In this document: in pieces, positions 13,801-27,597 of the stretch
Layout: each line of letters begins with the position of its first letter
Position numbering within the stretch: the first letter of the stretch is position 1
Assembly: GCA_965113315.1 (NCBI GenBank)
Contig: OZ220367.1
DNA: 64,000 bases
Source: Podarcis vaucheri
Taxonomy: Eukaryota
Direction: 5' to 3' (one strand)
Translations under genes and position numbers: made by a program
Notes under the pieces: generated by a model
Databases searched by the model: none
The model's input: the letters and a program-made list of their open reading frames with translations, nothing else
What the model was told of the DNA's origin: nothing

Positions 13801-16800
13801 GAGGTGCCTGTGGGTGTTGTGTATGGTTCCCCCCCCCCATTAACCTTTTCTCCAGTGCTCTGTAGTCTCCTCAGGTGCCTGCACTTTCTGACCTGAGGAA
13901 AGCCTTATGGAAGTAGTTACCTCATGACATCTTTGCCTGAACTTTCAATTGAAACATGGGAAGCTAGAGGGGAAGGCTACTGAATGTATGAGATTTGTTG
14001 CAGACACTAATTTTGTTTCAAAGATAAGTTCTTATTTATATCTTAAGAAAAACCTTTTGTACTGGTTTTTTAATAGAAGTCTAGCCCTTTGTTTACTCGC
14101 AAAAAGCCAATAAACAGTTGTCAAGTTGCAGTAGGTAGGCGTGCCATCTCCCCATGCTTACTATAAAACTCAGTTGGGGACATCGTGGGGGTTTCAGGAA
14201 ACAAGCACCTAGGAAGACTGCAGAGTGCAGATGATTCAAGAGATGGTTTATAGAATGAAAGAAAGGACACTCAAAAACACTCCTTTGGTTATCTTCAAAG
14301 TAAGGTATGTACAACAAAATCCTGGACCCCATTTACCCCATTCATAATTTTCAAATGCCCTTTCTCATAAATTGCTGGATAATGAGTTTTCTTTTAAGGT
14401 GGGTTGTTGTTGTTGTTTTTAAGTACCAGTGCTAGCCAATACTAATGGTCAAGTGAGATTCAGTTGTATGCGAAAGGAAGATGTTACTGCCATGTGTTGG
14501 TGGCAGCAGTCCTGTGTAGAGAGACATGTGCATTGCCAGCTTTCAGTACCTACAAAGATAATGTGGGCTGTTATGGTGTGATCGTTTTGAACCTGCTAAA
14601 TGTAGCTATGGTGTTGCCAGCATTGAAATATTATTTTCAAGTGGGTTCCAATAGAAATCCACTGTATTCACACATGTACAGTATAGCCCATTCACACCAC
14701 AAAAGCAGCCCTATGATCAGCAGACATGTGGGATAAATCTATACTCATAGCCAGTTTGAGCATTCATTTGCCAGGTTTTCTGAGGCTCAGAGTATGGCAG
14801 ATCAGTGGAAGACGTAGGTTTTCTCCAGTACTTAAATTCTGGAGCATGCTAAACATGCTAAGAGTTGAGCACTTAAGAAATACTCTCAAGTAAAGAAAAC
14901 AATAGTTTTTGCCATGATTCTGGCTCCACATGCTGAGTTTTTACTTTATTCCTTTGGATCCTGGGAAGAGTACTGAAATTCTGATGCTGTTTATGGAACC
15001 GTAAAAACTGACAATTGTAGTATAAGCTCTTGAAGAGAGACAAAATTAGCAAACCGACTGACCAGTATCAGAGGGCAAAATGAGTGTATGTTTTAATAGC
15101 ATATATGCTTGAGCAGTTGTACAACCATTTTGGCCTGTGTTGGACTCACAACTGAACTCATGCTTCATCCATTGCTCACCAGTCTTCAAAGCTTTGTAGT
15201 AGTACAATTCCTTATGGGATAGGCTTCAAGGATGAGGGCATGTGACCACTTTGTAAAATAAAGAGCTTCAGCGCTCAGCCGAGCCACTGAGTCCACATCT
15301 CAGCTTCGTCTTGTGAATAGCCCTTAGATATAAACAACTCAGTCAGAACTTATCACTTTCGTTACATCTGGCCAGTGGTGCTATTATATAACAGATTTCT
15401 CCTCCAAAATGAGAAACTTCATAGCTCTCTAGCCAGCCCCAAGAGTCCATTACGGCAAGTCAGGCTGGAGCCGCTGCCATTCCTAAGCCTAGGGCAAGCT
15501 GTGATTCTGTTTGAGGGGGCTGGGAGCTGCTGTCACCTCCAGAATGTTACATGTTAACAAGCCTGTGGTTTTGTCATCTTTTGTGGGAATTAAAGAACTA
15601 CAAAGCACACGGCAGTAACTACTTTGACATGGAAGCAGAGGCCAGGGTTGTTTCTTTTTTTGCTCTCTTGAGATTAATTTCTGGGCTCATATTTGGACAG
15701 TTTATTAAGGAATACTAGTATCATAATATTATATTTGATCTTAAAAGGAACACAGGCTCTGTCTTCTTCACATGCCAAGTTACAGCATGCTTTTGTAAGA
15801 TGGATATGTAGAGCTAGGACAGAACACAGGCTAAGCATGGGTGCTTTGAATACCCTAGCAAGATTTTTCACAGCCTCAATTGCCCATCTGCAATATGGGG
15901 ATAATCATTCTGGCTTAAACTGTAAGGGAGCTGAGATACTGAATGGGAAGTGTGTGGAACACTTGCTAGCCACTGTATAATGATGACATCATTGAAACAA
16001 AAATGCAATGGCCATTAACATTTAAGATAGAAATCGAACAAAACAGATTATTTTAAATGCCCACAGGACAGTCTTATATAATAAATAACATCCTATGACC
16101 TTTGGAATACATTTTTATTATACTGGATTCAAATATCCAGAAGTCAATTCCAGGTATTATTGCCATTGCTGTGATTAAGACATTGCTCTAAATACTCTTC
16201 CTCCCCGCACATCTTTTTCTCTGTGTTTACCTCCCACCCCCGCGAAAAGAAAATATATATCCTGTTGAGGGCACAACCAACAAAAAATGCTCTATGCCAA
16301 TGGTTCCCATATCCTGTCCTCCCAACCACTTGAAACTTGCTGAAGGTCTTCGTGGATGACTTAATGATTTTTCTGTCTGTTGTAGCGATTGAAATGTGCT
16401 GTGCTAGATGCTGTATGTTTTTAAATTGTATCTTTAGTGCTTCTTTTATTTCTTACACCTTGTATGTATTTTATGGTATTACAGTTGGAATTCCATGGGT
16501 ACCATATCTATGAAGCAAAAGAAGCAGCAACAATTAGAAATCAATGCAAATGTTTAATGCAATGGACATGCCTCACTGTATGTCTTCCTGACTCCTTATC
16601 CTAGCCACTTCTTTCAAGTGCCTCCTCCCCCTGTCACTCTGGTCTTCCATGAGCTCCCCTCCCTGGTGGGCTAGAATGGTGGAAAATTCACAGCCACTGC
16701 TCCCACTGTTCTTCGCAGACACACCAGCAGAGTTCAGCTCATGGACCTCGGTTTGAGAATGCCTGCCCTATGATGCTCTTGGATGGTAAAATGTATTTCA

Positions 16801-19277
16801 TCCCACAGATAACCAGGGATTGGTAGCTCTCTACTTGGCACCTTTATTTAGTCATAGTCAGTTTATTTATATACCACAAAAACACTGCGCTCAAAGCAGT
16901 TAACAGAAAAATAAACAGTTTCAGTACAGTACAACAGCAGCACAATAACCATAGTGAATATAAAATTATAATATCACTGTAATATAAAATTGGCAGTGTA
17001 TGAAGAGAGCCCCTAAGGTTAAATTCACTCTGGTGACATCTTGTCAACTAACCGGGATCACAGATGATGGCTGTTAAAATACAAGTTCCTTTGCTTTTTT
17101 AATTCTGGTGGGCCTACCTAAGAAAGAGCACTTCCTTTGGTAGAGCACTAAGAAAGAGCTCCAGTCTGTAATGGATGTAATCTACTACAAGCAGACAAAA
17201 CTATTAGGCTTGTCTGATGAGCTCAAATGACCTGTTTTACTATAGGTTGGGAGTCAATCTGGATGATTCCAATGGGTCCCCTTCAGACCCATTGTATGTG
17301 AAGTTAGAGTATGTATGAGGAGATCTGTCAGACCACTTTCATTGGAAGATCATCACCTTAGCTAGCCATGTACTTGTCCAGGTGCCCTGTTGCCATAGAG
17401 ACAGATGGATGGACCTTTTTTCACTTCAACTGGCTGGGTTCTGCATCATCCCAGAAGGGAGAACAATAGGCCAATGCAGCCTGTGTGTGTAAGAGAGAAA
17501 GTTTTGATTGATGCTTGAGGTTTATCTGTATCAAAATTCTTCCACCATGGAGACCTGTGTACACACTACCTACTTTAAACCTATTTCAGTGGCCCATGTG
17601 CAGGAGAACTTTAGGGTGGATTTTTCATTTCAACTCTTGCCTCTCTGGTGATACATATACTTTAAGTACACTAATGAAAATTTAGCTATAAACAAATATT
17701 TTCACTCTGTCATAAAAAAGAAATGTGCATACCATTCTTTCCCCTGATGTTATAAATTTGTACAATGCCATTCTGTGCATGACGGGAAGGTAGGTCGGAT
17801 ATGTACGGTAACTCTATCATTTGAATTTAAAAACAGGCTGCTATTAAATACCAAGGAGAGAACTTGTGTAGCTGGCTTTATGAAGGTCAAAAAGTCAAAA
17901 AGTCATAACCAGAGTTGCAGCGGTCAAGACAAAATCTTCTCTCCTCTGGAATCCCTGACTAAGGATATTGTTTCTTGCTTCCAGACATTTCCAGAAGGTC
18001 AGCCGTTCACAAGAGGGAGTAAATTTTAAGGAAAGACTTGCAGCACAATCCAACCCACGATCTGTCAGACTGAATTTGTTTTGGCTCAGCCTGGTAGACC
18101 TTAAAAATCTTTAAAAATTGTTGTTCGGAGGCAGTGGTGGGGTAGGATGGGACAAGGAGAAACACCTATTCTAAAACCTGTTAGCTTGGTCATGTGACCT
18201 AGGGCCTAATCCTTAAAACTCAGGCCTATTTTCACCTGCTGACTCAGCCATCGAAAACCCTGCCAAGAGGCGCCTGAATGGAGTCTGGAACAGGGATAAA
18301 TTACACCAACTTACATTATGTCAGTGCAAGTTATGCTGGCTTCCTGTAGTTAGCATTGCTTTGTTATGGTTTATAAATGTAGGGGTGAGGGGAACCAATC
18401 ACCGAGATTGATACTATGGATTAAGTAACCCATATATTTCTGATGCATGTCTACATGTACTCATTCATATGTCCTTTCTGTCCTATGTCCACAAAAATCT
18501 GTGATATTTTTTTTAATTTAAAAAATGCATGAGAATTCACATTTAAATACACATAAATAGGATAGGGAGAGAGACAATGACTGCAGTGTCCCTCCCTCTC
18601 TGTGCTTTTGAGAGATTTTAATATTGTATTTTTATATTGTTGCAGCCCGTCTTGGGATCTATCTTCTGGTGAAGGATGGGTAAAAAATAAAATTAATAAC
18701 CCAATAATAAATAAAGCATTTGATCCTAATATATATATGCAATGCATTTTAAAGCTGAGAACTATATCATAAAATTCAGAGAAGTACAAATTCCAAATGA
18801 AAATACATTTTAATCTGCACATCAGGGTAGGAGCTGTAGATCTGTTTGCTTGCGTCAGAATACACAGGTATCAAATTTCTCAAGCATCCCTTACTGGGAG
18901 TATTAGTTTACAGAGCACCATTAATCCCTCCTCTCCACCCAAGGCCTTTTATTTCCACCCTGCTACAAAAAATCTCTCTGCTGTTGCTGGCCACATTCAG
19001 AACCACCTACCTCTTTCCATCTGTCTCTATGTATACAGGCGAGGTGGAAGTAGTGAGTAGCTACTTCAAAAGCTATTTGGACAGCACCTTCATCTAATGT
19101 TCCATGTGAAAGCCCAGAGTAAAGGTAATTTGGCACATCCAGAGAATGCTTGCGAGAATCCTCTGCTTTCACTGCTTGAAGCCTCCAAACAACTCACAAG
19201 CTGTGAGTCTAATGATGAAATAATACTTCTCAGAAAAACAGCTTGGATATCTAGTAGTAATGAAGGGTAAATAGTAA

Positions 19278-19600
19278 TAAAGGGTAAAGGGACCCCTGAC
19301 CATTAAGTCCAGTCGTGACCGACTCTGGGGTTGCGGCGCTCATCTCGTTTTATTGGCCAAGGGAGCCGGCGTACAGCTTCTGGGTCATGTGGCCAGCATG
19401 ACTAAGCCGCTTCTGGCAAACCAGAGCAGTGCATGGAAACGCCGTTTACCTTCCCGCCGGAGTGGTACCTATTTATCTACTTGCACTTTGATGTGCTTTC
19501 GAACTGCTAGGTTGGCAGGAGCAGGGACTGAACAATGGGAGCTCACCCCGTCATGGGGATTCAAACCACCAACCTTCTGATCGGCAAGCCCTAGGCTCTG
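19278..19600 (-). mobile_element. Sauria SINE (5' end clipped)
   Basis: Reverse complement of a Sauria SINE. Tail GGTAAAGGGACCCCTGACC, body GGTACCTATTTATCTACTTGCAC, B-box region GGGATTCAAACC. Near-identical to the copies at 27260 and 47363. Confidence 0.92.
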
Positions 19601-21409
19601 TAAACCTTTAAAAAAACCACCCCCTGAAAATTTAGTCCAATGAGTACTGAACATGCTCAGTAGCAATGAAATGATGGGTGTCCATCGGAAAAGAAAAACA
19701 GAAAACTGTGAGGGGGGGAGGGCAGTAGAACGTCTTGCTTGAAGAATCATGAACAGGAACACTCCTATAAGCAGGTTAGGATACACACCAATATTTTGCT
19801 GAAAATTCCACTTGCATTGATATGAATGCAATATCCGCCTTGCCCTTAGGAGGCATGTAAGCAGTGTTCCCCAAGGCTAAGTGGTATGGCAGCACAGAAC
19901 CCTAAATAGACTTCTATTGACAGACTTAACTTGTAAACTCCTTGGGATGGAGACTTTCCTTTCCTTTCTTTTTCACATAGAATCAAATGTGCTGTCTGTG
20001 TATAATGGATTAATAATAATTTGACAGCTAGCAGCTTGATTTGGGCACTACATCTTGTTATGCATGCAAAATGTCTAAAGTGTATTTTGGTTCTTAAGTT
20101 ATGCCTCCTGCGGTCTGCATTTCTTCCTTTATTTTGTCATTCAGAGAGATTCTGGATTTATTTTGACTGCATTTTGTATGGAATAGGATTACCAGACCAA
20201 TGCTATTTTGAAAACGCAAGTCCTGAATTCAAGGTCAAACATTGGGGAAATTCTATTTAATAAAATAAACCTCAGGGACTACTGTGAAAATATATTATAG
20301 AAATGCAGAGCTAAATCTGACTGGAGGGGAGGTGGAGAGGGGAGGTGGGGGGGGACAGAGGAATCTGTTTCACTTTCAGACAACCGAAAATGAGATGAGA
20401 ACTCTTCCTTATTTTTATGCCCAACAGAAAGGAAATGAGGTTATGGGTTAGCAAAGTTACTTTGCCATTCACTGGATTTATAATATTTTATATGTCTTTA
20501 CCAGCTCTCACTCTGTTCTCCTCCTCCTTGTGCAATTGCTTCAAAAGGAAGAGTTTTGTACAGTCCACTCCCCTGCAAAAGTACAACAAACTTGGTGCTA
20601 TCTGTAGGTGATAAAGGGAGATTAAAACCTTACCGAGCCTCCTCTAGCGTTAGTCAGAGTGATTTGGCTGCCTAAGACAACTGATTTGGGGTGTAATAAA
20701 AGGGTGGGAAAGTGTTCGTTATTTAATGCATTATTATTGTAGTTTTACTGACAGGGAGGGAGAGAGGCGCTTGTGGGATTTTCTGCCTTATGTGCCAAAA
20801 CAATTTGACTGGCCCTTAAGTATACATTTTGACTTACAGGGATGTACATTTGCTGCTTCATCTCAGACAGCAAAGTGAGCTGGCTAAGGTTCACTATCAG
20901 GAGTGGGGAACCTGTGAACTGTCATATGCTGCACCAACCAACAGCGCCAACCCAGTAAGCATGGCCAATGGTGAGAGATTATGGAGTTGGAGTTTGCAGA
21001 TTGCAGATGCAGAAGCAGTGAAGCCATGGGTAGTGGGCCAAGGCATGGTGAAGTTGCAATAAACACAGGATAACCACTTGGGATTTAAACAGGCCACAAC
21101 TTTCTTGATTACAGATGTCACCCAGGGTGGGTCCCTTTTATAGCCAGGGAGCAGACCAGAGGAAGACGTTTCTCTTCTGGTCCACTTCCTAAACCATGCC
21201 CCCTAGTTCGCCCACAATTAGCTGCAACTGCAGGTGAGCCCCGGCAGCCAGTGTGGCCAGTGGAGGAGGAAGTGACCCCCCCCAGCTGCATCAAAGACCA
21301 CCCCACTGCTGCAGCTGTGCCAGACTGCAACAGCTGCTCTCCTTCAGCAGTAAGCATTCATTCCTAACACCTGACTTATATGCCATGTTTGGATCCATAA
21401 GGAGGCTTT

Positions 21410-21960
21410 CATATACCTGAAAAAGCGTCTCCACCCCCATCGTTCAGCCTGGACACTGAGGTCCAGCTCCAGGGGCCTTCTAGTGGTTCACTCACTGACA
21501 GATGTGAGGTTGCAGGGAACCAGGCAGAGAGTCTCCCCGGTAGTGGCGTCTGCCCTGTGGAGCGCCCTTGCATCAGATGTCAAGGAATAAGCAACTATCC
21601 TACTTTTAAAAGACATCCGAAGGCAGCCCTGTTTAGGGAAGCTTTTAATATCTGATGAATTACAGTGGTACATCAGGTTACATATGCTTCAGGTTACATA
21701 CGCTTCAGGTTATACACTCCGCTAACCCAGAAATAGTGCTTCAGTTTAAGAACTTTGCTTCAGGATAAGAACAGAAATCGGGCTCCAGTGGCACGGCAGC
21801 AGTGGGAGGCCCCATTAGCTAAAGTGGTGCTTCAGGTTAAGACCTCCAGAATGAATTAAGTACTTAACCTGAGGTATCACTGTATTGTATTTTAATGCTT
21901 TGTTGGAAGCCACCCAGAGTGGCTGGGGACAGGGTATAAATAATAAATAATAAATGATTA
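21410..21960 (+). mobile_element. L2-like LINE 3' fragment interrupted by a MITE
   Basis: Ends GGAAGCCACCCAGAGTGGCTGGG..GGGTATAAATAATAAATAA, the same tail seen at ~1640-1700 (minus) and ~31450. Split by the element at 21663-21882. Confidence 0.6.
21663..21882. mobile_element. Tc1/mariner (Tigger/pogo-type) MITE
   Basis: TIRs CAGTGGTAC.TCAGGTTA / TAACCTGAGGTATCACTG with TA on both sides. Same family as 53296-53542 in the opposite orientation. Confidence 0.85.
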
Positions 21961-22059
21961 TGATTATATTCATCTTATTCAGTCAACATGGAGGCCCTTC
22001 TATGTGCAAAATTGTGCAGTGCACTTCTATGCACCCAGAAGAAAGAAGTAAGTAAGTTA

Positions 22060-22990
22060 GCTAACCAAACAAACTGATTAAAATTGGCACCGCCAATTTG
22101 AGTATATTAACATTAGAACAGCTGATAAATGAAGAGGATGAATTTTATACATACTCCATTTTAAGAGACAACTACAGATTACCTACAAATGCTCAGTGGA
22201 AATATCTCCAGATAAAACACTTGCTAACTACCATCTACGGACCAGCAGCTTTTACAGCCTCAGAGACCCCAGAGATATTGAAGCAGCTGATTGATTCTTA
22301 CGCAACAAAAAACCCGGCAATCAGCATATATAAATCTTTGTTACTAGCAAACCAATTTTATATACAGGTACTGAGGGAGGATTGGAATAAAGAATTAGAG
22401 ATCTCAGTTTTGACCACACAATGGGAAACTGTTTTAAGTGCTATAACAAGGGTGTCTCTGGACCTTAAATTTCAGCTCATACAACAAAAAATAATATTTA
22501 GAATATAGTGGACCCCATTATGTTTGTTTTAAAAAGGGCTATCTGAGGTATTTAACCTGTTGGAGATGCAATAGGGATAATGCTTCTCTAAAACATATGT
22601 TTTTCCATTGTCCTATATTGAAAGATTTTTGACAGAAGGTAACTGAAGTTATCAACAAAACTGTACAGAGGAACCTTACATGCACAGAGCAAAATATCCT
22701 TTTAAATTATATGCCCACCACATGGAACCTTACAAAAGGACAATACGAGTGGACTCTCCATGCCCTTACCACAGCAAAATACTGATGATTGGAAAAATAA
22801 AAATGCAACTCCCTTCTACGACTGGGTTGAAGATTTATACAAACTCACAACATATGAACAATTTGCATATATATGCAGACTTGCCATGGACAAATTCAAT
22901 GATATTTGGAATCCATTCCTACAAATACTGCAATAGGTTAAGATTTGGTGAAGTACAATAACAACTTTGTAAAGAAAGAAAAAAGAATTG
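22060..22990 (+). mobile_element. old L1/Tx1-clade LINE ORF2 3' fragment (frameshifted)
   Basis: QWKYLQIKH, W..EL....QW, and KFQLIQQKIIFR, then the CWRC...LKHMFFHCP zinc-finger region with stops and frameshifts, and an A-rich tail. Confidence 0.8.
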
Positions 22991-23639
22991 GCCCCGCCAA
23001 TTGAGCAGCTAAAGCATTAGTTGATTAACCTACTGATTAAAGCATTACCTAGCTACAGGATTTGAAGTATATCCTTACACTTCAGCTTGAGACTGGGCTG
23101 AGAGTTAATTAACATGTGCAAGATCGAAGATGAAATAGGAATAACCTAATAAAGCTGAGAAAATATAGTAGTACTGTACAAAACACAAAAGCGATGTTAT
23201 AACACGTTCTTGATATTAGCATGACCCAGTGGAAAGGGGAAGAAAAACACTAATTAAATAATGTTAAACATTTGAGAAGAAACCTAAAGCAAATGATGGA
23301 GGAACAAGAAGCTTCTCTGTTGGGAAGATTAGCATGCAGTACTGGATTCTTGCTCTTTTCAGCCTCCATTTGCACTGCCTGTGCTATAACTTGGTACCCA
23401 CCCCTCCCCGTTTTGGCCTTTAATCACGGAGGGTAAAGGCGCTTCTACAATATTCATGAAGTTTCTGGAAAAACCCTGGCAGACAGCCTTAGATACATAT
23501 GGCATCACTTAGCAGGAATTAATCCTTGTGAGAAAGGGTTAAGTTGTGTGCGCTAACCCACTGAGCTATGTAGCTCCTCAGTCATCACCTCTCTTATATC
23601 TATGGGAAGTGATGCAGCTTGCCTGAGCAAGGGACTTGG

Positions 23640-24535
23640 ATCTGTTATGATTAAATGGGCACAGGATGTTGGACTTAATATTATGTTTGCTGACTGGGAA
23701 CAGTTATGGGCCACAGGTATGAAGTTTACGGCATGTAATGCCTTAAGAGAGAATATTATGAAAATGATATACAGGTGGCACATGACCCCAGTCAAGCTTG
23801 CAAAAATCTATCATTTGCCCGATAATAAATGTTGGAAATGTAAGGAAACTGAAGGTACATTCTTTCACCTATGGTGGACGTGCCCAAGGATTAAAGCTTT
23901 CTGGGAGATGATTTATAATGAATTGAAAAAGGTATTTAAATATACCTTCCTGAAGAAACCAGAGGCCTTTCTCCTGGGCATTGTCGGCCAATTGGTGCCA
24001 AAGAAGGATAGAATTTTTTTTATGTATGCAACAACAGCAGCAAGAATACTCATCGCAAAGTACTGGAAGACACAAGAACTACCCACCTTGGAAGAATGGC
24101 AGATGAAGGTGATTGACTACATGGAACTGGCAGAAATGACTGGCAGAATCCGAGATCAGGGAGAAGAGTCAGTGAAAGAAGATTGGAAGAAATTTAAAGG
24201 CTATTTACAGAAATATTGTAAAATTAATGAATGTTAGAAGGATGTTGGAAAGAAAGTAAGCGGTTTCCAGCTGTAATGCTTTAAGAGTTATGAAAAAAAA
24301 AAGGGTTCTACAAATGGGTAAAAGTTTAATGGTAAGGATTTGCTGAACCAACAAATTGAATTGGAATACAAAGAAGGGAGGTATGAGGAGGTCCGGGGAA
24401 ATAAGTTTAAGGAAGTTATGCTATGGAAAATTAATGTGTTTTTAACTACTTTTATTTTGTATGTTTCTTTTTATTTTTCATTTTTTTGTTATAACTTAAA
24501 AACTCTTAATAAATATCTTCTAAAAAAAAAAAAAA
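23640..24535 (+). mobile_element. young 5'-truncated L1 LINE
   Basis: Uninterrupted ORF2 C-terminus (CWKC..GTFFHLWWTCP) to the stop at 24237, AATAAA at 24508, poly(A) at 24522-24535, and a perfect 15-bp TSD GAGCAAGGGACTTGG (23625-23639 / 24536-24550). Confidence 0.93.
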
Positions 24536-26266
24536 GAGCAAGGGACTTGGGTTTAGTGAATACTGATCTGCTTTTCTAAAGTACCGGTAGGTGGAAATAA
24601 TTTGAACACATGTTCTCTGCACTCCAATGCCTAGGCTTTGGAGGGTGTTGAGGGACCGGTGGATTGGGCCTGTTGTCCCCACTCGCAATATTTGCACTTT
24701 CAGGAGGCAGTCTCGACAGAGCCCTACAATTCTGTGAATGCATAGTAGCTGTGGAGGTCAGGATTAGTGGTGATGACCTCTTTCTCTCCCTGCCATCCCA
24801 ATATGTTCAGCATTGACATTTTGAATGGTTCTCTACCCCTTCAACACTGTGGGAAATTAATATGGAGGTGCAGCTTCCCAGGTACTCATGCTAGGCCTGC
24901 ACAACAGAACTTGAAGCATAAACAATGATATTTCCAAAAAAAGCAACAGTATTTTTTCTATTTAGATAAGGTTCCAGGTAATATATACAAATCACTTTTC
25001 CTAATATATGGCAATGATAACCCATACTTGAATAATTATATAACTTTTACAAAATTAAGCTCCCCTCCTTAAGACTAATTGGCAGAGGAAATATTATAAA
25101 AATGATAATTTAGCCAACATTAACATATTTATGTACAAACAAACAGAGCCTTCCAAATACAAATTATTTACAAAATGAAAGCCAACGTACTCGCTTTTTT
25201 CCTCTGGGCAAATACCATCTCAAAGCTTGATCATCATACTTTATCACAATATCAAAAATGAAGAGACGTACAATTACAGTGCTACCTAATTTAATCCACA
25301 CTCATTCTGTGGACCTAGTGACTTGTTCAGACCATGTGTTGACAGCTTATTCATAACAGCAGGAAGCTTCCTGGAGCAGGCATATGAACAAAATGCATCC
25401 TCAGAATCCATCGGAAAAGACTGCAAATGGCTTACGACACATTTCGGTACTAGTGTTTGGACAAAATACACATAATATGCAAATCTGTGCAGTGGTGTGT
25501 CAGACTCAGTTACAAAGCAGCAGCATGCTTAAAGTAATAACCATCCAGCACAATCCTATGCATTTTTACTCAGAAGTAAATTCCATTGTACTCAATGGGA
25601 CTTAAGCATGTATAGGTTTGTGATGGCGAAGCTTCCCTAAGCTTCCCTCCATTCACCTAATATTAGCAATTAGAGGTTCAACTGCGCCATGGTAGTCAGA
25701 AATCAAGGAGCTTCATACATCTTGTCCCACTCATACAAAACGATTTTAACGATTAGATCCAATGAGAAGTGTGTTCACATGTTACTCTCAATGAGTGTAC
25801 AGTCTGTATACAAATTTAATAAAGACATAACACTATGGCCTTTTAAATGAGTTTGTGAGTTACTGGTTTGCATTTCTGTTATGTATTTTGTAAACCACCA
25901 CCATCTTCGGATGGAGGGTGGTATGCAAATTTAATTAATAAATACAAATAGTTGAGCTGTAATGTTCAACAGGCATGCAGTCTGTTTACCTATGTACACA
26001 ACAGTTGAGCTGAACAAATCAACAAGTGTATGCTCTTTCACACAAACACTTGTACATGTGCAGAATGGACTTTAATCAGTTTTTAGTGTAATGTGTGAAC
26101 AAGCCTAAAGTTACTAGGCTTGTTCTGTGTGCCATTTTATTCAGCCACCATTCATGGTTTTTGTTTCTTTTGATCAGGAAGATATGATGTGAGTCTATTC
26201 ATGTACCCACTTTTTATTTATATTCATATTAAAATTTACATGCCACTTTTCTACTCAAAAAGGGTC

Positions 26267-26990
26267 TGTTAGGATAAATGTGACTATAGCTTTAAGGGCA
26301 CCTACCATAACTAGTTTAGGAGGTTAGTCCCAAGCTGGAGGCAGAGCTGGAAAGTAGTTGGAGAAGAGAAGACTTGCTATACCTAGCTCTTTAATAAATC
26401 TATATCTTGTTCTGCTCCTTTGATCTGCTCATCATCAAACAGAAAACATTACATAGTACTAGGAGTGGGATCAACAAGAAAAGTAAGGGGCAGAAAATTG
26501 AGACTAAAACATGGAATAGCTCAAGACCTCAAGGGATTCAAAACTCAGTGGCAATGCAGCAGAATCTTGGAACGTTTTTAAACAAGACTTCATCTTTGAC
26601 AGGACTGGATGAAAAAGAAGATCCTCAAAAGGTAGCCATCTTTGCATATAGAATGAGGCAGTAGACATCTTCCATGCCATACAAGAACAGTAGTTATTTG
26701 AAGAGTATTGCATACCCAAGAGCAATGACATGAAAGTTATTAGTTTCACCTCAGAGTGAAGCGAAATTAGAAGAATTCCTTACTGACCTTAAATTGGCAA
26801 ATCAGACATGCACCTTTGGGGTAATTAATTAGAGATCAGATAGTGTTGGGTGTTAGAGATGGTTCATGGTAGACTTTTAAAAAGGCTCCTGGAAGACTGT
26901 GATCTTACTCTAGAAAGGGCTGTTGGGACTGCATAAGCTGCTGCTGCAACAGAGGCTAGAAGTAAAAGTCTTAGAAAAATGGCAAGTGTT
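26267..26990 (+). mobile_element. Ty3/Gypsy relic: 5' LTR + PBS + degenerate gag
   Basis: LTR-like TGTT...TACA at 26267-26453 with AATAAA. Primer-binding site TAGTACTAGGAGTGGGAT (26454-26471) matches the tRNA-Leu PBS TGGTGTCAGGAGTGGGAT at 14/18. Gag motifs: TGLDEKEDPQKVAIF, FEEYCIPK, EEFLTDLKL..TCTFG, LIRDQIVLGVRD, RLLEDCDLTLERAV. Confidence 0.8.
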
Positions 26991-27259
26991 TCCATTGATA
27001 CCATCAGTCAAGACAAAAGCCCCAGGAATCTTGGATACAACAGGAGTAGGTTTTTAACAGAAGGGACAGCCCCGGTAGGAAAATATTGCCAAGAAACAAG
27101 GAAATCACAGGTATACTGGGATGCAACATGCACACATCTCTGATTTAACATCTTACAAAGAGAAGTGTGTGCAGCATGGAGGCAGTCAGAAGTGCAATAG
27201 GTAAGTGTTGAACAGTAGGACTGCATCCTGCACACAATTAACTTGTGCTATTTCAACCT

Positions 27260-27597
27260 CTGTGGGTTAAACCACAGAGCCTAGGACTTGCCAATCAGAA
27301 GGTCGGCGGTTCGAATCCCCGTGACAGGGCGAGCTCCTATTGCTTGGTCCCTGCTCCTGCCAACCTAGCAGTTCAAAAGCACCTCAAAGTGCAAGTAGAT
27401 AAATAGGTACCACTCCGGCGGGAAGGTAAATGGCGTTTCTGTGTGCTGCTCTGGTTCGCCAGAAGCGGCTTAGTCATGCTGGCCACGTGACCCAGAAGCT
27501 GTACGCTGGCTCCCTTGGCCAATAAAACGAGATGAGCGCCGCAACCCCAGAGTTGGTCACGACTGGACCTAATGGTCAGGGGTCCCTTTACCTTTAC
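27260..27597 (+). mobile_element. Sauria SINE with TSD
   Basis: B box GGTTCGAATCC, tail CCTTTACCTTTACC, and 12-bp TSD CTATTTCAACCT (27248-27259 / 27598-27609). Confidence 0.93.

Noticed and set aside
23602-24237. 211-aa ORF as a host gene
   Set aside because: It is the L1 ORF2 C-terminus. The ATG lies in flanking DNA upstream of the TSD.
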